A stretch of 64,000 bases of DNA, from NCBI GenBank assembly GCA_040384485.1, contig JAZKJH010000003.1:7556-71555 (forward strand), written 5' to 3'. Positions within the stretch are counted from its first letter, which is position 1, and the number at the start of each line of letters is the position of its first letter. Shown here piece by piece: positions 28,296 to 37,313 of this stretch. This stretch comes from Patescibacteria group bacterium. GTDB lineage: Bacteria; Patescibacteriota; Minisyncoccia; Phycocordibacterales; DATDWN01. The notes beneath the pieces are model-generated. The model did no database searches. It was given only the letters and a program-made list of their open reading frames with translations, and was not told where the DNA came from. Both the position numbers and the translations under genes were made by a program.

Positions 28296-28745
28296 ACAAA
28301 AACCAGTACAAAGCTGGTTCTTGCTTCGCACTGGTTAAAAACTGAAAAGAACCTTCTGGTACTCATTGGGTTGATCAATCGGAACATACTTCCCTGTTTC
28401 CGAGTCACCCTCCCACTGATACCAATACTGTGCCGCTTCGGTGTCTAGGCCTCCGTAAAGCTGGTTGGCCTCGAACTCTACCACCAAGGCAAAATCGTAT
28501 GACTTCTCGAAAATATCTCCGATATTTTCCTCCACGACTTTCTTTGCTTGTTGCAAATCGGTGCAGATTGCAACTGTGCGAGCCCCACCAAATCTTTCTG
28601 CTGCTGGACTTGGCCAACCCTGAACTATTGTGATTACTGAATAAAGTTTCAAAATCCCTCCGATACAATAATGCCTTTAAAACAAATTTTGTCAATACAA
28701 AACAAAAACCAGTGCGAAGCTCTGCTTGCTTCGCACTGGTCAAAC
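28296..28745. repeat. Duplicated terminator-like hairpin (28296-28340 and 28701-28745)
   Basis: AACAAAAACCAGTrCrAAGCT...CTTGCTTCGCACTGGT at the 3' ends of two adjacent unrelated genes. Confidence 0.75.
28335..28652 (-). CDS. Hypothetical protein (orphan, phage-like cassette)
   Basis: TTG start with SD GGAGG; own TTGACA promoter; hairpin at the stop codon. Confidence 0.65.
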   Translation of the reverse strand: MKLYSVITIVQGWPSPAAERFGGARTVAICTDLQQAKKVVEENIGDIFEKSYDFALVVEFEANQLYGGLDTEAAQYWYQWEGDSETGKYVPIDQPNEYQKVLFSF

Positions 28746-29146
28746 TATTTCTTTTTTGGACAGCTGTTAGGAACTGCTGAAACAGAGACTCCACCGTTTG
28801 AGGAGTAACTGTTCCCTGCATAGACCATAACTCCGTTACTGGTGTCACAGAATGCAAAAACATAACCTGGTGATGTCGCACGAGGATGTGAGCTGTCCTT
28901 GGGAAGCTGAACCCATCCCGCAATAACCATCCCTTGGTTATGTTGTCCGCCCAGCTGATCCAATGACTGAACTTGCGCTGAGCTTTGCGCAACAGCATTG
29001 CTCTTCACTTGCTCTGAAGCTTCCACCTTTTCATCATGAGCGTAGAAATACTCACGAATAATGTAGCCGCTTGATGCGAAAACTACAATGAAGAGCGCAA
29101 TTCCAACTACGTACGGCCAAGGAGTCTTTTCTCTTTCTTGTGACAT
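28745..29146 (-). CDS. Hypothetical membrane-anchored protein (orphan cassette)
   Basis: Likely start MSQEREK at 29146 with SD GAGG; one TM helix; own TTGACT promoter. Confidence 0.6.
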   Translation of the reverse strand: MSQEREKTPWPYVVGIALFIVVFASSGYIIREYFYAHDEKVEASEQVKSNAVAQSSAQVQSLDQLGGQHNQGMVIAGWVQLPKDSSHPRATSPGYVFAFCDTSNGVMVYAGNSYSSNGGVSVSAVPNSCPKKK

Positions 29147-29221
29147 GTAAAACCTCTCTGCGGATACACTAACATAGTAGTTTAAATAGTCAAACAAAAC
29201 CCGCCTTTCGGCGGTTTTGTT

Positions 29222-29800
29222 TTAGAATCCTCCTCCTGCTCTTTCTGTGTATTCTCCTGATTCCGTGTTTACTCTTACAACCTCCCCTTCTTTTATAAAC
29301 ATCGGTACTTGTATCTCAGCTCCGGTCTCAAGCTTTACAGTCTTTGTGGCCCCTTGAGCTGTGTTACCTTTTACGGCTGGGTGAGCTTCTGTAACTTTCA
29401 GTTCCACTTTGATAGGGACTTTTACACCTATTGTTTTTTCATTAAAAGATAGTACTTCTACAAGGGAATCTTTTTTAATAAACTTTGCTGGTTTTCCGAT
29501 AAATGATTCCTCTATTTTATACCTGTCACTAGGATTCTCTGGATCACAGAACCAATACTCTCCCCTGTTTTCATATAAAAACTTTACCTCTCTAGATTCA
29601 ATCTCAGCTTCTGCTACTTTTTCTGAAACGTGAAAAGAATGCTCAGTTACCTTGCCAGTAATGAGGTTCTTTAGTTTTGTGGCGTTAACAGGTTTCCGCT
29701 GTTGCTTTCTAAACACGTGTGAGGTAAGCACCTCCCAAGGTTCACCGTCCAGAACGATGTATTTTCTCTCAACTATTTCGTTGTATTCTAACATTGCCAT
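29222..29800 (-). CDS. efp: Elongation factor P
   Basis: KLKNLITG, KGNTAQGATK, LETGAEIQVPMFIKEGE..VNTESGEY; tip loop is RKQQRKP rather than PGKG. Confidence 0.92.
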   Translation of the reverse strand: MAMLEYNEIVERKYIVLDGEPWEVLTSHVFRKQQRKPVNATKLKNLITGKVTEHSFHVSEKVAEAEIESREVKFLYENRGEYWFCDPENPSDRYKIEESFIGKPAKFIKKDSLVEVLSFNEKTIGVKVPIKVELKVTEAHPAVKGNTAQGATKTVKLETGAEIQVPMFIKEGEVVRVNTESGEYTERAGGGF

Positions 29801-29832
29801 GATGGTAATAGATTATGGATTAAAGAATTCAT

Positions 29833-29954
29833 TAAACTTTCAAAATCTGGATGAAATCCGCGGCGGATGAGAAAAATAATTGGAGACGTACAAAAGTACG
29901 GTGACAATTATTTTTAGAAATCCAACAAAGGAGTTCGCCAGATTTGGAAGTTTA
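29833..29954. repeat. ~120-bp rod-like palindromic element (family C), copy 1
   Basis: Terminal IR TAAACTTTCAAAATCTGG/CCAGATTTGGAAGTTTA; core GAGACGTAC-aaaa-GTACGGTGA; overlaps the rpsR stop codon. Confidence 0.75.
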
Positions 29955-30152
29955 TCGACTTACGTAAGGAAGTAGTCCCATGAACCTAGCTCGTTTAATA
30001 GCATTAGCCAAATTTCTTTGGTGATGAGCTGTGATTCCTGTTCTCTTTCGAGACAAGATTCGAGCATGTGGGTTTAAGAATTTCTTCAAAACCTCCACAT
30101 CCTTGTGGTCTATATGTTTTATATTATTTTCAGTAAAGTAACACTTTTTCAT
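29952..30152 (-). CDS. rpsR: 30S ribosomal protein S18
   Basis: [21 protein letters not shown]...[19 protein letters not shown]. Confidence 0.95.
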   Translation of the reverse strand: MKKCYFTENNIKHIDHKDVEVLKKFLNPHARILSRKRTGITAHHQRNLANAIKRARFMGLLPYVSR

Positions 30153-30197
30153 AATTTTAATTTTCTAATTTTTAATTTTTTATTTACTTGAGTTGAG

Positions 30198-30318
30198 CAG
30201 GTTTCAAATTTGAGACAAGGTCGAGGCAAAAGTTTTGAGAGAATCCGAGGCGTATTAAATATACGGTGAGGATTGTCGAGAAGCTTTTAACGAAGAGATT
30301 GTCCAAATTTGGAAACTG
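30198..30318. repeat. ~120-bp rod-like palindromic element (family C), copy 2
   Basis: Terminal IR CAGGTTTCAAATTTGAGACAA/TTGTCCAAATTTGGAAACTG; core GAGGCGTA-ttaaata-TACGGTGA; 1 nt after the ssb stop codon. Confidence 0.75.
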
Positions 30319-30319
30319 A

Positions 30320-30769
30320 TTAAAAAGGGATGTCTTCAGGGTTTATCTCCTCCTCTGGATACTCTATAGAGTCCAACCCTTTATCCTCACTCGCCTTTGC
30401 AGGACTTCCAGCTGCTGGTTCACTGTAGTTAGAACCTCCTTCTTTTTTAGGACCGAATTGAATTCTGTCCGCAATAACTTCTGTTCTGTATTTTTTAACT
30501 CCTGTAGCATCGTCCCAACTTCGTGTCTGCATTCTTCCTTCAATCAAGATAGAGTTCCCTTTCTTCATGTACTGACTAACAATATCTGCTTGTTTTCCGA
30601 ACACAACTACATTGTGATAATCCACATTTTCTTGCTTAACACCGTTTTTGTCTTTCCAAACCCGGTTAGTAGCGAGAGAGAAGCTAGCTACTTTAATACC
30701 CGAAGGAAGAACTTTGACTTCTGGATCTCGAGTCAAGTTTCCTATAAGCATTGCTCTGTTTAAATACAT
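30320..30769 (-). CDS. ssb: Single-stranded DNA-binding protein
   Basis: LNRAMLIGNLTRDPE, IEGRMQTRSW, acidic C-terminal EDIPF. Confidence 0.97.
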   Translation of the reverse strand: MYLNRAMLIGNLTRDPEVKVLPSGIKVASFSLATNRVWKDKNGVKQENVDYHNVVVFGKQADIVSQYMKKGNSILIEGRMQTRSWDDATGVKKYRTEVIADRIQFGPKKEGGSNYSEPAAGSPAKASEDKGLDSIEYPEEEINPEDIPF

Positions 30770-30786
30770 ATTTTTGTTATTAGCTT

Positions 30787-31290
30787 TTAAACTACTGCAA
30801 CTTCTTCTTCAGCAACAACTTCCTCTTTTGGAAGCTCAGCTTCTTCTTGACTATCTTCAGCAACATCTTCTCTTCTTGATTTCTCCTCCTTCAATAGCTT
30901 CATTTTACCATTGATAAGAGTATTCTCTTTTACTGTCTTGATAATTAAATGTCTTAGGATTTCATTGTCAGCATCGAAGTTTTTCTTTACTGCTTCTATC
31001 CCTTTTATTTCAGCCTCTGACTCAAGTGGAATTTCAAACTTGATCCAACCAAAGTAACCTTTGTTAACTTTGTGGCGCAATGTTGAAACTACCTTTGTCA
31101 TTGGGTAAGCGAGGTCAATAAGGACTGGGTCCTCATCGGAAATCAACTCACCGCCTGCCTGGCTCACCACCTCTTTAAGAGATGCTGCCTTAGCAGGAAC
31201 TTGCTCTACAGCAAGGGACGGAAGAAGCAAATACGACACTTCGTATACTGTCATTTTGTCTCCTTTTTCTTGTATTTTTTCTGTTTCCAT
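30787..31290 (-). CDS. rpsF: 30S ribosomal protein S6
   Basis: VYEVSYLL, LAYPM, GYFGWIKF, ILRHLIIK; rpsF-ssb-rpsR synteny; likely ATG 31290. Confidence 0.9.
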   Translation of the reverse strand: METEKIQEKGDKMTVYEVSYLLLPSLAVEQVPAKAASLKEVVSQAGGELISDEDPVLIDLAYPMTKVVSTLRHKVNKGYFGWIKFEIPLESEAEIKGIEAVKKNFDADNEILRHLIIKTVKENTLINGKMKLLKEEKSRREDVAEDSQEEAELPKEEVVAEEEVAVV

Positions 31291-31331
31291 AAGGCCAAGA
31301 ATATCACAATAACTCCCTATCTGCAATAGCG

Positions 31332-32132
31332 CTACTGAATACCGAAAACCCTAGAAATATTGACCAAAATGGCACTTTTTGTATCTTCTAAAGAAAGCTC
31401 TTTTAGTTCGGCTATTCTAGCTACCACCTTGTCTACATAGTATGGAGAGTTACGTTGCCCCCTGTAAGGCTCTGGAGCAACAAAGGGTGCATCTGTTTCT
31501 GACATAAGCATATCTATCGGGGTCGCCTTTATTAACTCGTCGTAGTCCTTGGTAAAGGTTATTACACCAGTAAAAGATACTGTAAAACCTAAGCTCAAAA
31601 ATCTTTTAAGCACCTCCGTATCTCCAGCAAAAAAGTGAGCGTTACCTTTCAGGGCTCCTCCCGAAGTCCTGTGGTGATGCTCCAGAATATCGAGGGCATC
31701 AGAATATGCATCCATAGTTCCTTTGCTACTCCTTATATGAAGCATCAGTGGTTTGTTCAAAGTTAGGGCTAGGTCGATATGATATTCAAAAATTGTTTTT
31801 TGGATTGATTTTAAAACACCATCATCTGGACTCATTCTAAAATAGTCCAGACCAGTTTCTCCTACAGCTACCACTTTTGGATGATTCCCTAACTTTTCAA
31901 GCCTTGTATCAAACACAGTATCCAAGGTGATATCTCCCGGATGCTGTCCAATACAAGCAAAAAGATTCTCATACTTATCTGCAAACTCAACACATGTTTG
32001 GCTGGTAGCAAAATCCACACCTATAGAGATAGTCCCTATCTTGGCTTCTTTCATTTTTTCTATTTCCTCCTCTCTGTCTTTATCGAATCCAGAAAAATAA
32101 AGATGGGAGTGAATATCAAAGTATTCAAACAT
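31332..32132 (-). CDS. tatD: TatD family nuclease
   Basis: DIHSH, GQHP, GETGLDY, LHIR, SETDAPF. Confidence 0.93.
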   Translation of the reverse strand: MFEYFDIHSHLYFSGFDKDREEEIEKMKEAKIGTISIGVDFATSQTCVEFADKYENLFACIGQHPGDITLDTVFDTRLEKLGNHPKVVAVGETGLDYFRMSPDDGVLKSIQKTIFEYHIDLALTLNKPLMLHIRSSKGTMDAYSDALDILEHHHRTSGGALKGNAHFFAGDTEVLKRFLSLGFTVSFTGVITFTKDYDELIKATPIDMLMSETDAPFVAPEPYRGQRNSPYYVDKVVARIAELKELSLEDTKSAILVNISRVFGIQ

Positions 32133-32133
32133 T

Positions 32134-33573
32134 TTAGTCTTTTCTTACAAACAGTGGGCTACTCGGAGTTTTGTTTGCTTTTATTAACTCTTTTATTTTT
32201 GTAGATGTTTCAGGCATTATTGGGTTTAATATTCTTGCCACTGAATACAAACCGACTGCTAGTTCGGTTACCATTTTCTCCCCTGCCTCCTTGTCAGTTT
32301 TTATAACCTTGAAAGGTTGGTTGTTTTGTATGTATGAGTCTAGCTCACTTATTTTCTCCCAAATGAAACCCACCGCCTTGCTTATCTCAAAATTATTTAG
32401 GTGAACGAAATACTCTTCCATGTTCTCGGACTCAGCGATACTAACCGGTGATGACAGGTTATCACTAGCCATTTTCATTATTCTAGAAACCAAGTTCCCA
32501 ACCCCGTTTGCGAACTTGGCATTATATATTTCCTTCAATCTGTCTTTTGAAACACTACTGTCCTCAAAATTAGATAACTCTCCGGCGACATAGTACCGCA
32601 AGAAATCCACACCGTATTCATCTATTATTTCTTTTGGACCAACAACATTACCCAAAGACTTACTCATTTTTCTGCCGTCTTCTGCATTAATGAAACCGTT
32701 GATAACAATGTTGTTACTTGGGTTAAGACCAGCTGACATAAGCATTGCCTGCCACATTGCCGACTGTTGTCTTAGATTGTCTTTACCACAATACTGCACC
32801 GGAGTTCCGTTTACCCAATATTTTTCGTAATTAGTTAAATCCTCAGGCCAACCCAGAGTAGAGATGTAGTTTACTAGTGCATCAAACCAAACGTACATAA
32901 CATGATCCAGGTCGTTTGGCACAGGCACACCCCAAGGCATTTTTGATTTAAGTCTGGAAATACTGAAATCCTCTAATCCCCTTTCAACAAAAGCTTTGAT
33001 CTCATTGAATCTAAAATCTGGTAGAACAAAATTTGGGTTTTTGGCATACAAATCCAAAAGTTTAGTTTGGTACTTACTAAACCTAAAAAAATAATTCTCT
33101 TCTTCTCTTATTTCCAACTCCTTATTTGGGTGCACGGGACACTTACCATCCTCCAAATCTGAATCCTGTTTTTCCAACTCACAACCGATACAATATTTAA
33201 CTTTGTAGTTCTTTTTGTATATATCATCATTATCCAGACACTTCTGCCAAAAAGCTTGAGCTGCTTTTATATGATGTTCGTCGGTTGTTCTGATAAAGTG
33301 CAAGTCATCACTTAGTCCCAGCAATCCTTTTAAGTCTTTGAAACTTTCAGCATATTTATCTACATAAGATTTCACATCGGTTCCTGCACTAACAGCGTTT
33401 TCGTATATTTTTTGCCCATGCTCGTCAGTTCCTGTGTTAAAAAACACATCAAAATCTTGAAGTTTTTTTGAGCGTGCGATTATGTCTGCACGAATAATCT
33501 CCATAGCGAAACCTAAGTGAGGCTCGGAGTTCACATACGGCAGAGTTGTTGTTATATAAAAGTTTTTACTCAT
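32134..33573 (-). CDS. metG: Methionine--tRNA ligase
   Basis: YITTTLPYVNSEPHLG, GTDEHGQK, YVWFDAL, KMSKS. Confidence 0.96.
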   Translation of the reverse strand: MSKNFYITTTLPYVNSEPHLGFAMEIIRADIIARSKKLQDFDVFFNTGTDEHGQKIYENAVSAGTDVKSYVDKYAESFKDLKGLLGLSDDLHFIRTTDEHHIKAAQAFWQKCLDNDDIYKKNYKVKYCIGCELEKQDSDLEDGKCPVHPNKELEIREEENYFFRFSKYQTKLLDLYAKNPNFVLPDFRFNEIKAFVERGLEDFSISRLKSKMPWGVPVPNDLDHVMYVWFDALVNYISTLGWPEDLTNYEKYWVNGTPVQYCGKDNLRQQSAMWQAMLMSAGLNPSNNIVINGFINAEDGRKMSKSLGNVVGPKEIIDEYGVDFLRYYVAGELSNFEDSSVSKDRLKEIYNAKFANGVGNLVSRIMKMASDNLSSPVSIAESENMEEYFVHLNNFEISKAVGFIWEKISELDSYIQNNQPFKVIKTDKEAGEKMVTELAVGLYSVARILNPIMPETSTKIKELIKANKTPSSPLFVRKD

Positions 33574-33575
33574 AG

Positions 33576-34649
33576 TTATGAATTTAACATTTTTTCCATT
33601 TTTTCTATTTTATCTTTCTCGAAGTCATTGAAGAACTCTAGTATTACAGCTGAGATAGGCACGGCCAATATAAGACCGATAAAACCGACTAGTTCCCATC
33701 CTGCGGCCAGTGCCACAATAGAAACCACTGGAGACACTCCGACCACTTTTTTCACCACCAAAGGATAGATGAGTTGGTTTTCAAATTGATGAACAATAAG
33801 ATATAGCCCCATTACTATAACCGCCATCGGCAACCCTCCACTAACAAAAGCAATTAGTATGGCAGGTATAGATGCAAGAATCGGACCGAACAGAGGTATT
33901 ATTTCAAATATCGCTGCAAGAACAGCAAGAAGCAGCGCGTTTGGAACACTCAAAAGGGTTAGTCCTAGATACACCAACATTCCTATGATAACTGCCAGCA
34001 CGAGTTGTCCTTGCATCCAAAGCCCGATTTTTTTCTGAGAGCGTTTCCACAACGAGACGATGTAGTTCTCATGTTTGATGGTGGTGATAGCCTTCAAAAA
34101 CTTAGCCACACCGTCCTCTTCTACTGCCAAATAGAAAGATAAAATAATAGTTAGAATAAAACTAAGTACCCCTCCAAAGAAAGTGGCCAGACTTCCGAAA
34201 GTGTTTGAATATATCCCGGCCATAACGGTGTTGATTCCATGAATAACGTCGTCAAAATTAAACGTATTGGCTATACCGGTGATTGATTCTCCAACAAGAC
34301 CAGTAGTACTCACAGTTTCTACACCTTCCTTGGCACTCATATATGCTGGAAAGTTACGGAGAAAGTCGCTAGATTCAGAAAGCAATGGGATAAGTAGGAA
34401 AAATACTGCACCAACTAGGAACATGGCTATGAGTAAATAGATGAGAATGACTGCAAACAATCTTGGGATTTTTCTTTTTACAAACCATTGAGTTCCGGGT
34501 TCAATAGCAGAAGCTATAACTATCGACATTAGGAGTACTAGCACTAGATCCTTAAGTAAATACAAAGTAAGAAACAAAAGAATAACAACTATCGCTTTTG
34601 TGATTGTTCCTAGACTTATTGCTATTACGTTGTCTTTTATCTCTGGCAT
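33576..34649 (-). CDS. AI-2E family transporter
   Basis: Multi-TM; IPLFGP, HQFENQLIYP, GFIGLILAVP. Confidence 0.88.
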   Translation of the reverse strand: MPEIKDNVIAISLGTITKAIVVILLFLTLYLLKDLVLVLLMSIVIASAIEPGTQWFVKRKIPRLFAVILIYLLIAMFLVGAVFFLLIPLLSESSDFLRNFPAYMSAKEGVETVSTTGLVGESITGIANTFNFDDVIHGINTVMAGIYSNTFGSLATFFGGVLSFILTIILSFYLAVEEDGVAKFLKAITTIKHENYIVSLWKRSQKKIGLWMQGQLVLAVIIGMLVYLGLTLLSVPNALLLAVLAAIFEIIPLFGPILASIPAILIAFVSGGLPMAVIVMGLYLIVHQFENQLIYPLVVKKVVGVSPVVSIVALAAGWELVGFIGLILAVPISAVILEFFNDFEKDKIEKMEKMLNS

Positions 34650-34689
34650 ACCCCAATAGTATCACTACCACTAACGTTTGTAAAAAATA

Positions 34690-35958
34690 CTAAAAATGTA
34701 GAATTTTTTTGAGATTTGAGTCGTCTTTTATATTGCCGACAACTGCCATGTTTAGACTTTCGTCCACAAAAATTTCTTTAGCTAGATTCTGGATATCTTG
34801 TGCAGTAATTTGCTGCATTTTATCAGCAAGTTCTTCCGGAGTAATTATTGGCACACCTATTGCATCCTGGTTCGCGTAATAGCGGGCAACATCATTTGAA
34901 GATTCTAAGTCTAAATACATGCCTCCAATCGCATAATCCTTTGCTTTTTTTAATTCCTCTTCAGAAATTATTTCATTTTTAAAACGATTTAATTCGGCGA
35001 TAATAGCGAGCGTGATTTCTTCTATCCTATTCAAGTCAATTCCGGATGAGATAGCTAAAAAACCATGATCAGTAGCTTCTTCTGTTTGAGCATGTACATA
35101 ATAACAAGCTCCCATTTCTTCACGAAGTTTTCTCCAGAGTCTGCCGCTCATACCACCACTCAAGACAGAAACAAGTACTTTAAGTGTTGTGTTTCTTTTG
35201 TCATGAGCATCAAAGGTTCTGATAGCTATACATATATGAGTCTGGTCGGATTCTTTGGTATGAATTTTTAGAGCAGGTTCGGTTTGTGCCTCTGTAACTT
35301 TTTGTTTTAGTGACTTGTCCCCAGTTGAAATACCGGAAAAAAGGTTTTCAATCTTTTGAACAACAATTGCTTCGCCAAAGTCGCCCGCAACGACTACGGT
35401 GGTTGCAGAAGCTACATAATGCTTTTTTCTGTATTCAATAAAATCTTCTCTGGAAATAGATTTAATATTTTCTTTTGGACCGACTATACTACGTCCTGCG
35501 GGTTGGTTTCCGTACATAAGCTCCATGAGCACAAACTGAACTTTGGCAGGAAGATAATCCTCGTACATATTTATCTCCTCTATAATAACCCCTCTCTCTT
35601 TTTCTATTTCCTCCGAAGGCAAAGTTGAGTTTAAATATATATCTGAAACAATATCCAAAACTTTTTCAGCATGTTTTGAATGGCTTTTTATAAAATAGTT
35701 TGTCCATTCTGTAGACGTAAAAGCATTAGAAATAGAGCCCATACTGTCAGTTTCTATTGCGATATCTAATGGCCTTGGTCTCTTCTCTGTTCCTTTAAAA
35801 CACATATGCTCCAGAAAATGTGAGATTCCGTTCTGTTCTTTAGTTTCGTACTCTGATCCGGTTTTTACAAGAGTCATCACAGTCACGCTCGGACTATTCT
35901 TCATCGGTATAGTTATAACGGTTAAACCGTTATTGAGTTTGGTTTTTTTGTATTCCAT
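34690..35958 (-). CDS. M16 family zinc peptidase
   Basis: GISHFLEHMCFKGT inverted zinc motif; C-terminal LREEMGACY. Confidence 0.92.
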   Translation of the reverse strand: MEYKKTKLNNGLTVITIPMKNSPSVTVMTLVKTGSEYETKEQNGISHFLEHMCFKGTEKRPRPLDIAIETDSMGSISNAFTSTEWTNYFIKSHSKHAEKVLDIVSDIYLNSTLPSEEIEKERGVIIEEINMYEDYLPAKVQFVLMELMYGNQPAGRSIVGPKENIKSISREDFIEYRKKHYVASATTVVVAGDFGEAIVVQKIENLFSGISTGDKSLKQKVTEAQTEPALKIHTKESDQTHICIAIRTFDAHDKRNTTLKVLVSVLSGGMSGRLWRKLREEMGACYYVHAQTEEATDHGFLAISSGIDLNRIEEITLAIIAELNRFKNEIISEEELKKAKDYAIGGMYLDLESSNDVARYYANQDAIGVPIITPEELADKMQQITAQDIQNLAKEIFVDESLNMAVVGNIKDDSNLKKILHF

Positions 35959-35960
35959 AT

Positions 35961-37271
35961 CTAGATTTGTGTTTTAATAAAAGCGATCAACTCTTCTACC
36001 GTAATTCTTTTTTGTTCGCCTGTGTCTCTATCTCTCACTGTAACTCCTGCATCTTTTTCAATAGTTTCGAAATCGACAGTAACACACCAAGGAGTACCTA
36101 TCTCGTCTTGTCTTCTGTATCTTTTTCCAATATTACCGTTGTCGTCAAATTCAACAGCACCGAACTCCTTTTTCAACAGTTTATATACTTCTCTAGCCTT
36201 CTCTACTAGTTCTGGCTTGTTTTTAAGCAAAGGAAAGACAGCTATTTTAACAGGAGCTATGCTTGGTTTGAATGCGAGATACGGACGAACCTCTCCGTCT
36301 TTTTCTTCTTCCTTGTATGCAGAAACTAGAACTGCCAAAAGAGTTCTGCCGTGTCCAAATGACGGCTCTACCACGTGAGGAGTAAATCTATTTTTGTTTT
36401 CTTCTTCAAAATAAGAAAGTTCAGTCCCGGACTCTTCACTGTGTTTTCTCAAATCATAGTCTCCTCGGTATGCCAAACCATACAACTCCTTTTTACCAAA
36501 CGGGTAATCGAACTCGAAATCGATAGTTCGTTTAGAATAGTGTGCTCTGTCTTCTTCACCCACTTCTAACTCGTGAACCATACTCTTTTCTATCCCAACT
36601 CTTTCAATCCATCTCCACATCTCACTTCTCCACATTTCAAAATACTTATCCCAAGTTTCTTCTCTAACAAAATATTCAAACTCCATCAAGTCAAATTCTC
36701 TAACTCTGAAAATAAAATCTCTTGGGGCTATTTCGTTTCTATATGCTTTACCTATCTGGGCAATACCGAAAGGTAGTTTTGGTCGCATTGTGTCCAAAAT
36801 ATTTTTGAAGTTCAAAAACATTCCTGGCGCTATCTCACCTCGTAGATATGCCACACTATCGCCCCCACTACCGACATTTACCGGGAACATCAAGTTAAAC
36901 TTTTTTTCCTCGCCTAGTTTTCCACCACAGTCTGGGCATTTAGTTTTATCTTCCAAGTGATCAGCTCTAAAACGATGATGGCATTTCTCACACTCTATAA
37001 CAGGATCTGCGAAGCCTGCCAAGTGTCCTGAGGCTCTCCATACTGCCTCTGGCATTATAGTTGCTGTAGAGATACCGAACATATTTTCCTGTTCTTTGAC
37101 GAAGTGCTTCCACCACAAATCCTTTATATTGTTGGAGAGTTCCTGTCCGTAGTGACCGTAGTCGTAAACACCAGAAAGACCGCCGTATATTTCAGAACCT
37201 TGAAATATAAAACCTCGCCTCTTACAAAGAGATACTATTTTTTCCATTAAGTCGTTTTTTGTGTCTGCCAT
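35961..37271 (-). CDS. glyQS: Glycine--tRNA ligase (alpha2 type)
   Basis: LCKRRGF, EIYGG, QIGKAYRNEI, PHVVEPSFG, IGKRYRRQDEIGTP. Confidence 0.96.
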   Translation of the reverse strand: MADTKNDLMEKIVSLCKRRGFIFQGSEIYGGLSGVYDYGHYGQELSNNIKDLWWKHFVKEQENMFGISTATIMPEAVWRASGHLAGFADPVIECEKCHHRFRADHLEDKTKCPDCGGKLGEEKKFNLMFPVNVGSGGDSVAYLRGEIAPGMFLNFKNILDTMRPKLPFGIAQIGKAYRNEIAPRDFIFRVREFDLMEFEYFVREETWDKYFEMWRSEMWRWIERVGIEKSMVHELEVGEEDRAHYSKRTIDFEFDYPFGKKELYGLAYRGDYDLRKHSEESGTELSYFEEENKNRFTPHVVEPSFGHGRTLLAVLVSAYKEEEKDGEVRPYLAFKPSIAPVKIAVFPLLKNKPELVEKAREVYKLLKKEFGAVEFDDNGNIGKRYRRQDEIGTPWCVTVDFETIEKDAGVTVRDRDTGEQKRITVEELIAFIKTQI

Positions 37272-37313
37272 ATATCGTTTATACTACCCCGTCTTTTAAC
37301 TTTAGCCAAATAC

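Noticed and set aside
28405-28998. 197-aa ORF spanning two cassettes
   Set aside because: Overlaps two better-supported genes in other frames and crosses a terminator and a promoter.
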